From positions 207,027 to 271,026 of IMG/VR virus record IMGVR_UViG_3300031134_000001: a stretch of DNA of 64,000 nt. One strand, given 5' to 3'. Every line of letters starts with the position of its first letter. Positions within the stretch are counted from its first letter, which is position 1. Made by a program: the position numbers and the translations under genes. Under the pieces are notes generated by a model. That model did no database searches and was not told the origin of the DNA. It saw only the letters and a list, made by a program, of their open reading frames with translations. The DNA comes from a virus. Its lineage: Duplodnaviria > Caudoviricetes. Below are positions 36,462-45,933 of this stretch, piece after piece.

Positions 36462-37628
36462 ATGAAACAAGAAGATATCGTCACGTTCTACGGAAAGATT
36501 CGCATTTCCAATGTTAAGCCAAATGACACGCAATCTGGTGGATTGTCGCATTTCCATATCAACACCAAGTACATTAACAATACCCGCAAAGTTATCCGTG
36601 CTAAGCTGCGCTCGAACATGGAGATGTCGGTCCCAGCCGTGGCAGTGCGTACCCAGTACTCGCATGACGAAACGTTCCTCGTGCGTAAAGAGTTGGTGGT
36701 AAGCCAAGTCGCTATCGAATCCATGCGCAATTACTTTGCCAACTTACCTGAAGTGTATGGTGAGTTGGAAATGTTCCGCGCGGCTTACCTGCAAGTGTAT
36801 GAAAACGTTTTCACCTTTGGCCATACACGTGAACTACGCTGTATCGTCGAGTATCTGTTTACTGAAACTGATCTGACCAACAACGGCGGGATGTTCTACC
36901 ATGATGGGTTGGACACCATGTTCAAGTTCGGTGATGAGCCATACCCGTGCGACCATCCACATAGTCCACAAGGTCGTGAAAGCGCCATCAAGGAAACAGT
37001 AGAAGATTTACAGAAGCAACACGGCTTCGTCTTTTGGGTAGAAATTATTGACAACCTAGGAAAGTATGGAGAACGTTTCGTGTCAATCTGCAATCAGATT
37101 TACAAGATCGTGCCCAAACGTGATAAAAATAGACCGGATGGTTTGTATATTGTATCTAGTAATCCGTCCAATGGTCGAGTCAGCACCAGCGAGATCCAAG
37201 TGCGTACTTACCCACTGGACAACATCGACAAAGAGCTGGGCATCTACGCCACGTATGAGTTGGCTAAAACCCATGGCGACGTCGCAGGTGAACGTAAGAA
37301 AGAACTGCAAGATCGTGACCATCAGTACGCCAAAGAAAAACAAGAGTGGAGTCGAGAGAAGTTGCACTTTGAACGTGAAGCTGATGAGCGGGATCGTCAC
37401 ATCCGTGACCTAGAACAAGACCGTGCATTGCATGCTCAGCTCATGAAAGACTTACGTGATCGTCAAGAGCACTTGACCAAAATGCAAAAGCTACAAATGG
37501 ATGACAACTACGAACAACGTTCAGCAGAACGCAAGGACGCTTCGGAGTTCATCAAGTTTCTACCCAGTATCTTAGCGGCCGTGGGTACCGTGATCATGAT
37601 TTGGAAATCCTTTAAGTCTGGCTCTTAA
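36462..37628 (+). CDS. Conserved phiKZ-like protein with C-terminal coiled coil and membrane anchor
   Basis: C-terminal FLPSILAAVGTVIMIW; lies between capsid and RNAP genes as in phiKZ-like phages. Confidence 0.8.
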   Translation: MKQEDIVTFYGKIRISNVKPNDTQSGGLSHFHINTKYINNTRKVIRAKLRSNMEMSVPAVAVRTQYSHDETFLVRKELVVSQVAIESMRNYFANLPEVYGELEMFRAAYLQVYENVFTFGHTRELRCIVEYLFTETDLTNNGGMFYHDGLDTMFKFGDEPYPCDHPHSPQGRESAIKETVEDLQKQHGFVFWVEIIDNLGKYGERFVSICNQIYKIVPKRDKNRPDGLYIVSSNPSNGRVSTSEIQVRTYPLDNIDKELGIYATYELAKTHGDVAGERKKELQDRDHQYAKEKQEWSREKLHFEREADERDRHIRDLEQDRALHAQLMKDLRDRQEHLTKMQKLQMDDNYEQRSAERKDASEFIKFLPSILAAVGTVIMIWKSFKSGS

Positions 37629-37663
37629 AGGATCGTGTGTTAACACAAAAAGGAGAGTAGTAC

Positions 37664-39358
37664 ATGGACCCAGCATTGCGGGCGTTTATTCGATCAGACA
37701 TGCCACCGTTTAACAAGAAGGTGGTCGATGGCTTTGCGGTCAGCGAGATCCCTAAGTCTGAGAACTTCATCAACATGTTGTTCAACTCGATTAAGGACAC
37801 CTACCCGCCAGGGTTGAAGTTCCGCGGTGGTAAGCGTTGTAACCCGATGGAAGAGTTTCGGGAAGCCACCAAGAAGCACAACCAGAAGTCGGCTAAAAAC
37901 AGCCAGCGTTCACAATTCGACATCGCTAAGTCGTTTGTGTACATGATGAAATACACGCACGAGTGGACGCCACCAGGTTCTACCGTCACCACTGAACTCA
38001 AACCACGGTATCTGTATCTGCCATGGGTTGAAGACGGCGGCTTCATCCGGATCAGTGATTCGCTGTACACCATTTCGCCGGTGCTGGCTGACCGCGTGAT
38101 CTCGGTGATGCGTAAAACGATCTTCGTGCGATTGATCAAAACGCGCTTTAACATCAACCGTATCAGTCAGCACTTCCGGATCGATGACATCGAAACGTTT
38201 GCGCACGTGGTATGGTCGAAGATCCACCAGAAGAAAGTGGTGCGGGACAAGAACGATCCTGAAAACGTGATCGCCGAATCGACACTCGCGCATTACCTGT
38301 TCTGCAAATACGGCGTGATCGAAACGTTCCGTCTGTTTGCTGGCGCCGACGTGGTGGTGGGTGATGCTGAAAACATCACCACTGAAAAGTATCCACAGGA
38401 CGAATGGCACATCGCGCGTACATCGCGTGCTGAGCATAACGGCCACCCTAGCGGGCGGCGTGGTGAAGGGTATCGTCCTACCAAGATCCGCATTGCGCTG
38501 CGTCGCGGTTCGGACACCACGATGGTGCACAACCTGATCGGGGCGTTTTACTATCTGGCTGACCGTTTCCCAGATCGTATCTCGCACTTGCAGAACTACG
38601 TGGTGCGTCCTGACGCTGAAAAGCTCAACCACGAAAAGCGGATGTGGATCTTGATCCTGGGTCACTTGGTGGCACCTGGTTCGGGTGAAGGCAAAGTGAT
38701 GAAGGAGATGGAATCGCACATGCGTTCGCTGGACGAATACATCGACCCGATCGTTAAGAACCAACTGAGCAACATCGGGTACGACGTCGATAACGTTTAC
38801 CAACTGTTCGCACGGATGATTCAAGACTTCGATCCACTGCTCTTGGCCAATCGCAGTAAGCTGTCGTCGATGTACGACAAGGAACTGAACATCCTGCAAT
38901 TCGTGTTGTTCGAAATCAGTAAGTCGATCATGGAGCTGGGCTTTCAAATGCTCAAGCTGTGTGAAGAAACCAATCTCACGGCTGAGAAGTTCAACCATGT
39001 GTTTGGTAACAAGATTCGTACTGGTGCGATCTTCCACATCTACAAGTCCTCGGGCGCTGTGTCGGCCAACAGCTATCCGGGCGATAACAAGGTGTTCAAG
39101 ATCACGACCTTGCTCGTGCCGCAGCAACACACGAACAAAGGTGGGCGTAAGAAGGGTGGTCTGCAACTGCGCGATCCAATCAACCAGCTGCACATCTCCG
39201 TGGTGGAAGTCGGTGGTTATGCCAACTTACCCAAGTCGCAACCGTCGGGTCACTTCCGCATCAATCCATTCGTGGCTTTGACGTTGGACAACGTGATTCA
39301 ACGTCACGAAGACTTCATCGAGATCTACGACGACGCTCAGCGTAAGATCGAACTGTAA
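37664..39358 (+). CDS. Non-virion RNA polymerase beta subunit, N-terminal part (phiKZ gp123-like)
   Basis: RYLYLPWVEDGGFIRISDSLYTISPVLAD and HISVVEVGGYANLPKSQPSG..RINPF match RNAP beta-like motifs; synteny. Confidence 0.85.
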   Translation: MDPALRAFIRSDMPPFNKKVVDGFAVSEIPKSENFINMLFNSIKDTYPPGLKFRGGKRCNPMEEFREATKKHNQKSAKNSQRSQFDIAKSFVYMMKYTHEWTPPGSTVTTELKPRYLYLPWVEDGGFIRISDSLYTISPVLADRVISVMRKTIFVRLIKTRFNINRISQHFRIDDIETFAHVVWSKIHQKKVVRDKNDPENVIAESTLAHYLFCKYGVIETFRLFAGADVVVGDAENITTEKYPQDEWHIARTSRAEHNGHPSGRRGEGYRPTKIRIALRRGSDTTMVHNLIGAFYYLADRFPDRISHLQNYVVRPDAEKLNHEKRMWILILGHLVAPGSGEGKVMKEMESHMRSLDEYIDPIVKNQLSNIGYDVDNVYQLFARMIQDFDPLLLANRSKLSSMYDKELNILQFVLFEISKSIMELGFQMLKLCEETNLTAEKFNHVFGNKIRTGAIFHIYKSSGAVSANSYPGDNKVFKITTLLVPQQHTNKGGRKKGGLQLRDPINQLHISVVEVGGYANLPKSQPSGHFRINPFVALTLDNVIQRHEDFIEIYDDAQRKIEL

Positions 39359-39397
39359 CATCCGCAGCTTCACAACCAACAACAAAGGAGATGCATC

Positions 39398-39703
39398 GTG
39401 GGCAAGAAAGAAGAACCGTCCGGATGGCACGCGCACTTTGAGAGCTTGCCAACTTTTAACCAGGAATTGGCAATTGCTGAAAGTAGCAAACCAAAAAAGA
39501 AACCGCGCGCGGCGCGTAAAAAGAGCAAGCGGATTACCGTCAAACCCGCAGGGATTGGCGTAGTGCGGGACATGGATACCAAGTCATTTGGCTATCCGGT
39601 CCTGAATAAAATCATGCACCAGCTGAATTCTAGCAGGCAAACCATGGTTGAACCTAAAAATACGCCGCAGGAACAGGGCGAAGCAGTAAACAATAAGCAA
39701 TAA
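39398..39703 (+). CDS. Small basic protein (101 aa)
   Basis: AAGGAG RBS with GTG start; KPKKKPRAARKKSKR. Confidence 0.75.
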   Translation: MGKKEEPSGWHAHFESLPTFNQELAIAESSKPKKKPRAARKKSKRITVKPAGIGVVRDMDTKSFGYPVLNKIMHQLNSSRQTMVEPKNTPQEQGEAVNNKQ

Positions 39704-39739
39704 GACCAACAGCATCACTACTAAAAAGGAAACAGCATC

Positions 39740-41656
39740 ATGCAACAAATGTACCCAACCGATCGGCCAATGACGCCGCAGGTGCAGATCGATGTCAACC
39801 GCCCCCCGGTGAACTTCGATATCCACTGCGCGCCGTGGATCAAGCCGTACCTGCCGTACATCACCGGCGTCATGATCGACGTCATCACGCGCAACGCCGC
39901 TGGTCCGGTGTCGATGCACTTCTACAACCACATGTCCCACAACAACTGGGCCAACAACGAATTGGGTCAGGAAGTGGCGAACTGCGCTGACTTCATCTTC
40001 CTGAACGCTGGTGGTCAGCAAGATCCGAACCTGATCGGGCGTATCGTGCCAGACTACGTGGAAATGCGCACGAAGTTCGAAGTGGTGTTGTTCCCGCAGC
40101 TGCGCAATTACATCAACCCGCAAGACCTGTACGCATTCGATCAGAACGCACAGATCTTCGGTGGTGAAATCCAAAAGATCACCAACCTGCGCAACAACAT
40201 CCAGCCAGGTGCGTCGATGCCGCCACCGCCACGGGGTTACCAGCCACCAGCGCAGTACGCACCACCAGGCTCGCCAATCCCCGCTCAAGGCTATCAAGCA
40301 CCAGCAGCCCAAGGTTACCAAGCACCGCGTCCTGCGGCGGCAGGTCGTGACTACGGCACCGGCACAACGCCTGCGGCAACTCAACCAGTGCATCAACAGC
40401 AGCCAGTGCAGCAGTATCAGGCGCCGGTCACGCCACAAGCGCCGGTCGGCAATCCAACGCCACAACCAGCGCAAGCCACTGCTCCGGCTGGCGAACTCCT
40501 GGTCGATGCGGACGACGTCGTCTGGAATCCTCTGCCTGACATGCCGCACCCGATGTTGTACAATCCAGTGCATGTGAAGATGGCTTACGCTATCTCGCAA
40601 GGCAAAAAAACCACCCCGAAGCCTGTCAGGACAAACATGGACCCAATCAACTACGACCGCCACAACATCGCCACCCTGTTCGGCCGGCCGCCGGAGAACA
40701 TGCGCGTCCTCAAAGACAACGGCGAAATCACCAACCAGATCAAGGCTGGTGCGCACGACGCTCTGGAAGAAAGCCAGAACACGGACGAAACGTTCGAGCG
40801 TGTCGAAGAAACGATGGGTCTGCGCAAGATCCTGTCGGCCTTTAGCCTGTCGACTGCGATCATCGATGCACGCACTGAAATGCTGGCGCGGATCGATCGC
40901 AAGAATCCGCCAATGGTCTTCCAGAGCTACGCGCAGATCTTCAACGTCCTGGTCGGCGACAAGAGCGAATACGATCTGATCCACAAGTTCGGCGATTCGA
41001 ACAGCTACATCGAACTGCGTGAAAAGATCGTCGGCGCCGCCGGCACCGCGTCCCCAGAACTGATCACTGTGGTGACGCAGCGTTTGACGCAGCTGATGAA
41101 CGAGATCCTGACCGATCGTCTGTCGATTCTGCCGCTGTCGCAAGATCCGGTCAACGGCGTCGAAGTGGAAGACTTCCTGGAAGACATCGCACCACTGCTC
41201 GAACTGCTCAAGAAGCGGGGCGACAATGGCGAGCGTCTGTACAAGGCATTTACCCACGACCAGGGCAAGCGCATCCGCGCCATGTTCCAAGCGCCGAAGA
41301 TGAACGAGGAAAGCGGCGTAGCACTGCACGAAGACCTCACCAGCGGCAACCTGACCAAGATCTGGGAAGGTCGTGAAGATCCACCGCAGTACACGTTCTT
41401 CGGACCGAACGTGCGCATCACGCTGCTGAACGTCATCTCGCACGATCTGCAGATTTCGGGCCTGCCGTACGTGGGCAACGTCATCAGCAAGCAAAACAGC
41501 GCGGTGCTGTACAACCTGGCCGAGTCGCTGTTCCAGGTCGACGACGATCATCTGCTGCCGGATCGTCAACTCGTGGTAACCAAAGATGGTCGCATCCTCG
41601 AAATCTTCGAAGGTGCTCTGGTGCCCGGCACGTACTTGCTCAAACTGTTCAAGTAA
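39740..41656 (+). CDS. Conserved phiKZ-like protein (638 aa) with P/Q/A-rich linker
   Basis: AAAAGGA RBS; strong codon bias; low-complexity region near residues 155-250. Confidence 0.88.
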   Translation: MQQMYPTDRPMTPQVQIDVNRPPVNFDIHCAPWIKPYLPYITGVMIDVITRNAAGPVSMHFYNHMSHNNWANNELGQEVANCADFIFLNAGGQQDPNLIGRIVPDYVEMRTKFEVVLFPQLRNYINPQDLYAFDQNAQIFGGEIQKITNLRNNIQPGASMPPPPRGYQPPAQYAPPGSPIPAQGYQAPAAQGYQAPRPAAAGRDYGTGTTPAATQPVHQQQPVQQYQAPVTPQAPVGNPTPQPAQATAPAGELLVDADDVVWNPLPDMPHPMLYNPVHVKMAYAISQGKKTTPKPVRTNMDPINYDRHNIATLFGRPPENMRVLKDNGEITNQIKAGAHDALEESQNTDETFERVEETMGLRKILSAFSLSTAIIDARTEMLARIDRKNPPMVFQSYAQIFNVLVGDKSEYDLIHKFGDSNSYIELREKIVGAAGTASPELITVVTQRLTQLMNEILTDRLSILPLSQDPVNGVEVEDFLEDIAPLLELLKKRGDNGERLYKAFTHDQGKRIRAMFQAPKMNEESGVALHEDLTSGNLTKIWEGREDPPQYTFFGPNVRITLLNVISHDLQISGLPYVGNVISKQNSAVLYNLAESLFQVDDDHLLPDRQLVVTKDGRILEIFEGALVPGTYLLKLFK

Positions 41657-41691
41657 GCCGGCTGCCATAAAAGTTAAGTAGTGGTCTTTTG

Positions 41692-41738
41692 TCAGGAGGT
41701 GGGGTAGACTTCGGTCTATCTCCTTCCTGATTTTTTTT
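41692..41738 (+). terminator. Intrinsic terminator
   Basis: TCAGGAGG(T)GGGGTAGAC-TTCG-GTCTATCTCCTTCCTGA plus T8. Confidence 0.9.
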
Positions 41739-41765
41739 GCCGTCATAACGAAAGTGAGGTAGCTA

Positions 41766-42104
41766 ATGAGCGTTAGTATCCAAGTACACGTTCACTCCTT
41801 GGACGGTGTGACGTATCCTGAAGAAATGCACCGCGTCTCTGAATTCATTCAAGCTGGCGTCGAAGCTGGCGTGGCTAGAGTCTTTCCCAACGTCATGGCG
41901 TTTGACCCACACACGGGTGAGCCGCTGTTTAACGTGCCGTTTGCAGACTCTGCTGCGAGCGACTTAATCAGCCACATGCACGTCGTATCTCCCGCGGCTT
42001 ACACCCAAGTGCTGTTGACCGACTACATCGATCCGGCCGATTACGAAAACACCATGGAGCCAATTCTCTTGGCGCCATACTTCGGGGACGATGATGACGA
42101 ATAA
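41766..42104 (+). CDS. Acidic hypothetical protein (112 aa)
   Basis: GAGG RBS. Confidence 0.8.
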   Translation: MSVSIQVHVHSLDGVTYPEEMHRVSEFIQAGVEAGVARVFPNVMAFDPHTGEPLFNVPFADSAASDLISHMHVVSPAAYTQVLLTDYIDPADYENTMEPILLAPYFGDDDDE

Positions 42105-42348
42105 GACAGGGCTGTTTGAAGTACGCATCTCTGTATTTAATCTGGGTGACGATTCACAACAAGAGTCAGACGTAGTCAACGCGATTGCTGCGCAGTTCTT
42201 GGAGATGGGGGTGAACAACATCACCGTGATTGCCAACAAAGAACAGGTGGACTACGTGGACAACGAAGTGCATCCAGCTTCTCCTGCCCATCTGTTTAGT
42301 AGCAATCCAGAAGCGCCCATCGACGTACACATCCAAGGTCAAGGTTAA
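42091..42348 (+). CDS. Hypothetical protein (about 85 aa)
   Basis: Overlaps upstream stop. Confidence 0.75.
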   Translation: MMTNKTGLFEVRISVFNLGDDSQQESDVVNAIAAQFLEMGVNNITVIANKEQVDYVDNEVHPASPAHLFSSNPEAPIDVHIQGQG

Positions 42349-42351
42349 AAA

Positions 42352-42735
42352 ATGGCATCCATCATGTTTTGCATTGCAGTGCGCTTAGTAGGCGATTCGT
42401 CTCCCGGTCAGCCAGCGATCAACGTCGAACCGCTGCCGTCGGTGAACAAAACCTTTCCTTTGGCGATGTTAAATCCTCGCACACCAGAGTGGGTATTCCC
42501 AGATCCAGACATGGCGCCGACAACGTTTAACCGTCTCGAAGATGCTCAAAAAGCACTCAATAGCATTGCCGGCGGCATCTCTCGCAACGAAGAGAAGGTT
42601 AAACTGTTGGTTCAGCGTATCCACCAATTTATCAAACCTTACGCTGAACGTAATCTCTTTCATCGTGCAGATTTAGAAATTTTGCATCTCACATCAGAAA
42701 CAATTGTAGTTAAACCGATCTTTAACAACCTCTGA
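42352..42735 (+). CDS. Hypothetical protein (127 aa)
   Basis: AAGG RBS, operon context. Confidence 0.8.
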   Translation: MASIMFCIAVRLVGDSSPGQPAINVEPLPSVNKTFPLAMLNPRTPEWVFPDPDMAPTTFNRLEDAQKALNSIAGGISRNEEKVKLLVQRIHQFIKPYAERNLFHRADLEILHLTSETIVVKPIFNNL

Positions 42736-42737
42736 CC

Positions 42738-42799
42738 GCATAACCCCTCCCCACCCGCTAAGGGTAGGGAGGGAGTTATTACGTACTATTTTTTTTGGT
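42738..42799. terminator. Bidirectional terminator between convergent genes
   Basis: CCCTCCCCACCC/GGGTAGGGAGGG stem, T tract. Confidence 0.8.
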
Positions 42800-45700
42800 T
42801 AAGTTGTCGAAGGTTTGTCGTTTTTGTCAGCATCAGCTTTCGCTTGGGCTTCCTCTTCCTTTTTCTTCGTCTCCTCTTCCTCAGCTTTCTTTGCAGCTTC
42901 CGCAGCTTCTGCTTCTTCCGCTTCAGTAGCTTCAGCCGCCGATGCTTCTTCTGCTGCCGCTTCTTCAGCTGCTGCGTCGTCTGCGGCAGGTTCGCCCTCG
43001 ACTGGTTCAGCGTTTGGATCAACATCATCCGTTACGGTATCGCCTTCAGCTCCGCCTTCGGCGCCACCAACTTCAGTGCCACCCATGTCGAAAGCAAAGT
43101 CACCGCCACCGCCCATATCGAAGCCACCCGCATCACCGCCATCACCCATGCCACTATCGCCACCAGTGCTGGTGTCGCTGCTATAGCTGTCGGCTGGTTC
43201 TGTGACTGTGATGCCTGCTTTCTCCAGATCTTTGGCCGCTTTCTCTTTGGCCTTCTTGTTGGCCGTGATCAGCGTTGTGAGCAAACCAATGATGGCTTCG
43301 TTGTGCACTGCTTGGATTTCAGCGATATCCACTTCGAGTTCGCCTTCCTCGTTCAGCGCCGTCATGGCTGCCAGCTCAGGCATCAAGCCGTTCTTCATCT
43401 GCCAATCACGCAGCATGTAAGACTTCATCTGCGCTGCAGCGATGCGTGTATGGTTGGCCAGTTCATCACCCACAATACTTGCATCCATCATGTCGTCCGA
43501 GATCCACGCCTTCAAGCATTCTTCCACCAGCTGACTCTGCGTGCTGTAGAGTTCGCCCAAGTTCTTTACTTTGGTGGTGTCTGGCTCTGGCAGCGTCATC
43601 ATGAAGCCACCCAGGAAGTCTTCAATCATCTCACGGATGAATTGGACTTTTACCAGCGCATTGGTCTTAAGTTCTTCTTTGGTCACGACTTCACCACCGA
43701 ACATCTCGATTTGTTCAGCATCGTCGAACTCTTTCAAGATCTCATCGAATGCGCCGTGAATGACTTCGACCAGCTCTTCGATTAAGTCAGCGGCGTTAAT
43801 CGCATGCTTACGCAAGTGCGCCGAGACTTGTGGCGTGAACTCTTGCTGGATGATCATGGCTCGTTTGGACAACAGCGTCGAGTTGTTCGCCACAGAAGCA
43901 GCAAAGTCAGCACCCACAGCCGCGTCAACCATCTCTGGCGTTAACCAGAATGACATCAGGCGACGTTTGCGCAAGTCTTCCATCAACGTACCATCAGGCG
44001 GTTGATAGTTGCTGTTCTTCTCCGTGTAATCCATCTTCATGTTCGGCAGCTTCGGGTGACCCGAGAACGAGAACTCGAACATGCTGCGTTGCAGGCCGTC
44101 TTTGATGTCCAGTGGGTTGATGGTGCCCAGTGGGAAACCGTTACTGTTCACCCGCTGCATTTCACCGACGACTTGCTCGATCGCTTTCCATGGGTCCGGC
44201 GTGTGTTCATCCAGTTCAATGTCCACGTGCGTGCGACCCACCGCATTACGCAGGGCGCCCATCACTGTACCGACCAGCATGTTCGCTTGCATACTGTCGA
44301 TGATCTTGGTGTTCTCCAACAGCGAGCGGCCAGTGCCGTTCGAGTTGTATTCCAAGGCCATGTACGTCATGTACTCCACTGGAATGTAGAGGATCTGTGT
44401 GTACTGGTTGGACATCGAGCGGGCCAACATCAAGCTGTAGACTTCTTCGTGACCCGAGATCGCCACGTTCTTACCGGCTAAGCCGTTACGCAGTCGTTCG
44501 GTCAGATCACGCTGGAGCATATTGCCATAGAGCTGAGCAGCATTGGCGTAATGGTTACCTTGTGCGTAGGCTGTCGAGTTGTCGCTCATGGCGCTACCAG
44601 CACGGGCAATCATCGACGAAGAGAAGCTGTTCGATTGTAAGCTCGCACCCAACTGACGATAGTGGTTCACGCCTTGACCACGGTTGATCGGATTGCCTTC
44701 CGAGTCAAGCAGCACGAAGAAACCGATTTGCTTGTGCGGTTGGTTTGGCACGTGCACTGGAATGACCGACTCCGACGGGAAGTGGATCTCCAGTGGCATG
44801 CCCACCGAGCGACGCTTTAAGTTACTTTGCGCCTTGACTTCTTTGACCACGACTTGGCTGGTGTGTGGACGACGGAATGCTTGACCGACGATTTGCGTGG
44901 TGCGTAAGCCGAGCGACATGTCCGCGACATTACTTACGCGACGTGCACTCGATTCAGTCGACACCTCGGTCGGTAGCTTTACGTGACGCGAGATGGATTC
45001 GGCTGACAGGGCCGAAGAACGACCCATGATCTTGCTGATCTTTTGCCGACGGATCTTCTCGCTGACCAGCGGCATCTTTAACACACCGATATTGTCTGTC
45101 ACGGTGATGCCGGTATTGAGCGTACGATCGGCCGCATCTTTCGCGTCTGGGAAGCGGAAAGCAACTTCGCTCTTCCAGTTTTTGTTGGGATTGTGGGTGA
45201 GCAAATGCTCCAACGCCAACCCCACACCACCGCCGAAACGAGGACCTTGCGACCGTTCGAACGCTTCTTTCTCGATGTCAGTCGGACCCAGCAAACCGAG
45301 CGATTGGATCTGCCCGTCTTGCTTTAAGATGCTGGAAATGGATTCCATCGAGATACTGCCGTTGCCGTGAATCAGATCGTCCACAGCGTTCTCAGGCAGC
45401 ACCGCCACCGGATAGCAGCCACGGCGGAAGAGGATGTCTTCCAGGATGCCCGGCAAACGCGGCTTTATTTTATAGACTTCGTCAAAATACTTGCGCACCG
45501 AGTTGGTCAGTGTGCCCATTACTTCGTGCGGCATGCGCCAGTGCGATAGGTTCGAGTGGTAGTTAACTTCGATACCAACCATGTCTTTGGGCGAGAGAAC
45601 CACCGACACCAAGATGGACGCTGCCAAGTCGGTTTCTGACAGCAGTTGCCGGATGGTTTCCGAGTCGCTGACGTTTTGCATACCGTCTTGCGCAACGCCC

Positions 45701-45900
45701 CGCAGGTTCGCCAAATTAACGCCCGTACCCTGCTCGTTCATCGGGTCAACCGAACGTGCTGCCTGACGCTGGTCAAGCGTCAGCTTGCTCATCATCGCAG
45801 CAGCTTTCGGATTGGACTTGGTCAAACGGAGAGCCGGTACGCGAGCACCTGAGTTATGCATTTCGAGAGGATTAAACTGATCCCCGTTTGTAGTAGCCAT
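42799..45900 (-). CDS. Portal protein (phiKZ gp129-like) with low-complexity acidic C-terminal tail
   Basis: 1033 aa; size, strand and position next to the 785/290-aa virion pair; S/A-x-E sites (SME, ALE, SAE, STE) in the N-terminal third. Confidence 0.75.
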   Translation of the reverse strand: MATTNGDQFNPLEMHNSGARVPALRLTKSNPKAAAMMSKLTLDQRQAARSVDPMNEQGTGVNLANLRGVAQDGMQNVSDSETIRQLLSETDLAASILVSVVLSPKDMVGIEVNYHSNLSHWRMPHEVMGTLTNSVRKYFDEVYKIKPRLPGILEDILFRRGCYPVAVLPENAVDDLIHGNGSISMESISSILKQDGQIQSLGLLGPTDIEKEAFERSQGPRFGGGVGLALEHLLTHNPNKNWKSEVAFRFPDAKDAADRTLNTGITVTDNIGVLKMPLVSEKIRRQKISKIMGRSSALSAESISRHVKLPTEVSTESSARRVSNVADMSLGLRTTQIVGQAFRRPHTSQVVVKEVKAQSNLKRRSVGMPLEIHFPSESVIPVHVPNQPHKQIGFFVLLDSEGNPINRGQGVNHYRQLGASLQSNSFSSSMIARAGSAMSDNSTAYAQGNHYANAAQLYGNMLQRDLTERLRNGLAGKNVAISGHEEVYSLMLARSMSNQYTQILYIPVEYMTYMALEYNSNGTGRSLLENTKIIDSMQANMLVGTVMGALRNAVGRTHVDIELDEHTPDPWKAIEQVVGEMQRVNSNGFPLGTINPLDIKDGLQRSMFEFSFSGHPKLPNMKMDYTEKNSNYQPPDGTLMEDLRKRRLMSFWLTPEMVDAAVGADFAASVANNSTLLSKRAMIIQQEFTPQVSAHLRKHAINAADLIEELVEVIHGAFDEILKEFDDAEQIEMFGGEVVTKEELKTNALVKVQFIREMIEDFLGGFMMTLPEPDTTKVKNLGELYSTQSQLVEECLKAWISDDMMDASIVGDELANHTRIAAAQMKSYMLRDWQMKNGLMPELAAMTALNEEGELEVDIAEIQAVHNEAIIGLLTTLITANKKAKEKAAKDLEKAGITVTEPADSYSSDTSTGGDSGMGDGGDAGGFDMGGGGDFAFDMGGTEVGGAEGGAEGDTVTDDVDPNAEPVEGEPAADDAAAEEAAAEEASAAEATEAEEAEAAEAAKKAEEEETKKKEEEAQAKADADKNDKPSTT

Positions 45901-45933
45901 CTTTAACCTCTTTCAGTTCTAATAGGGATAGTC

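Noticed and set aside
40200-40500. P/Q/A-rich repeats (GYQAP x3) in the 39740 protein as a tandem-repeat element
   Set aside because: Short imperfect low-complexity linker, common in phage proteins
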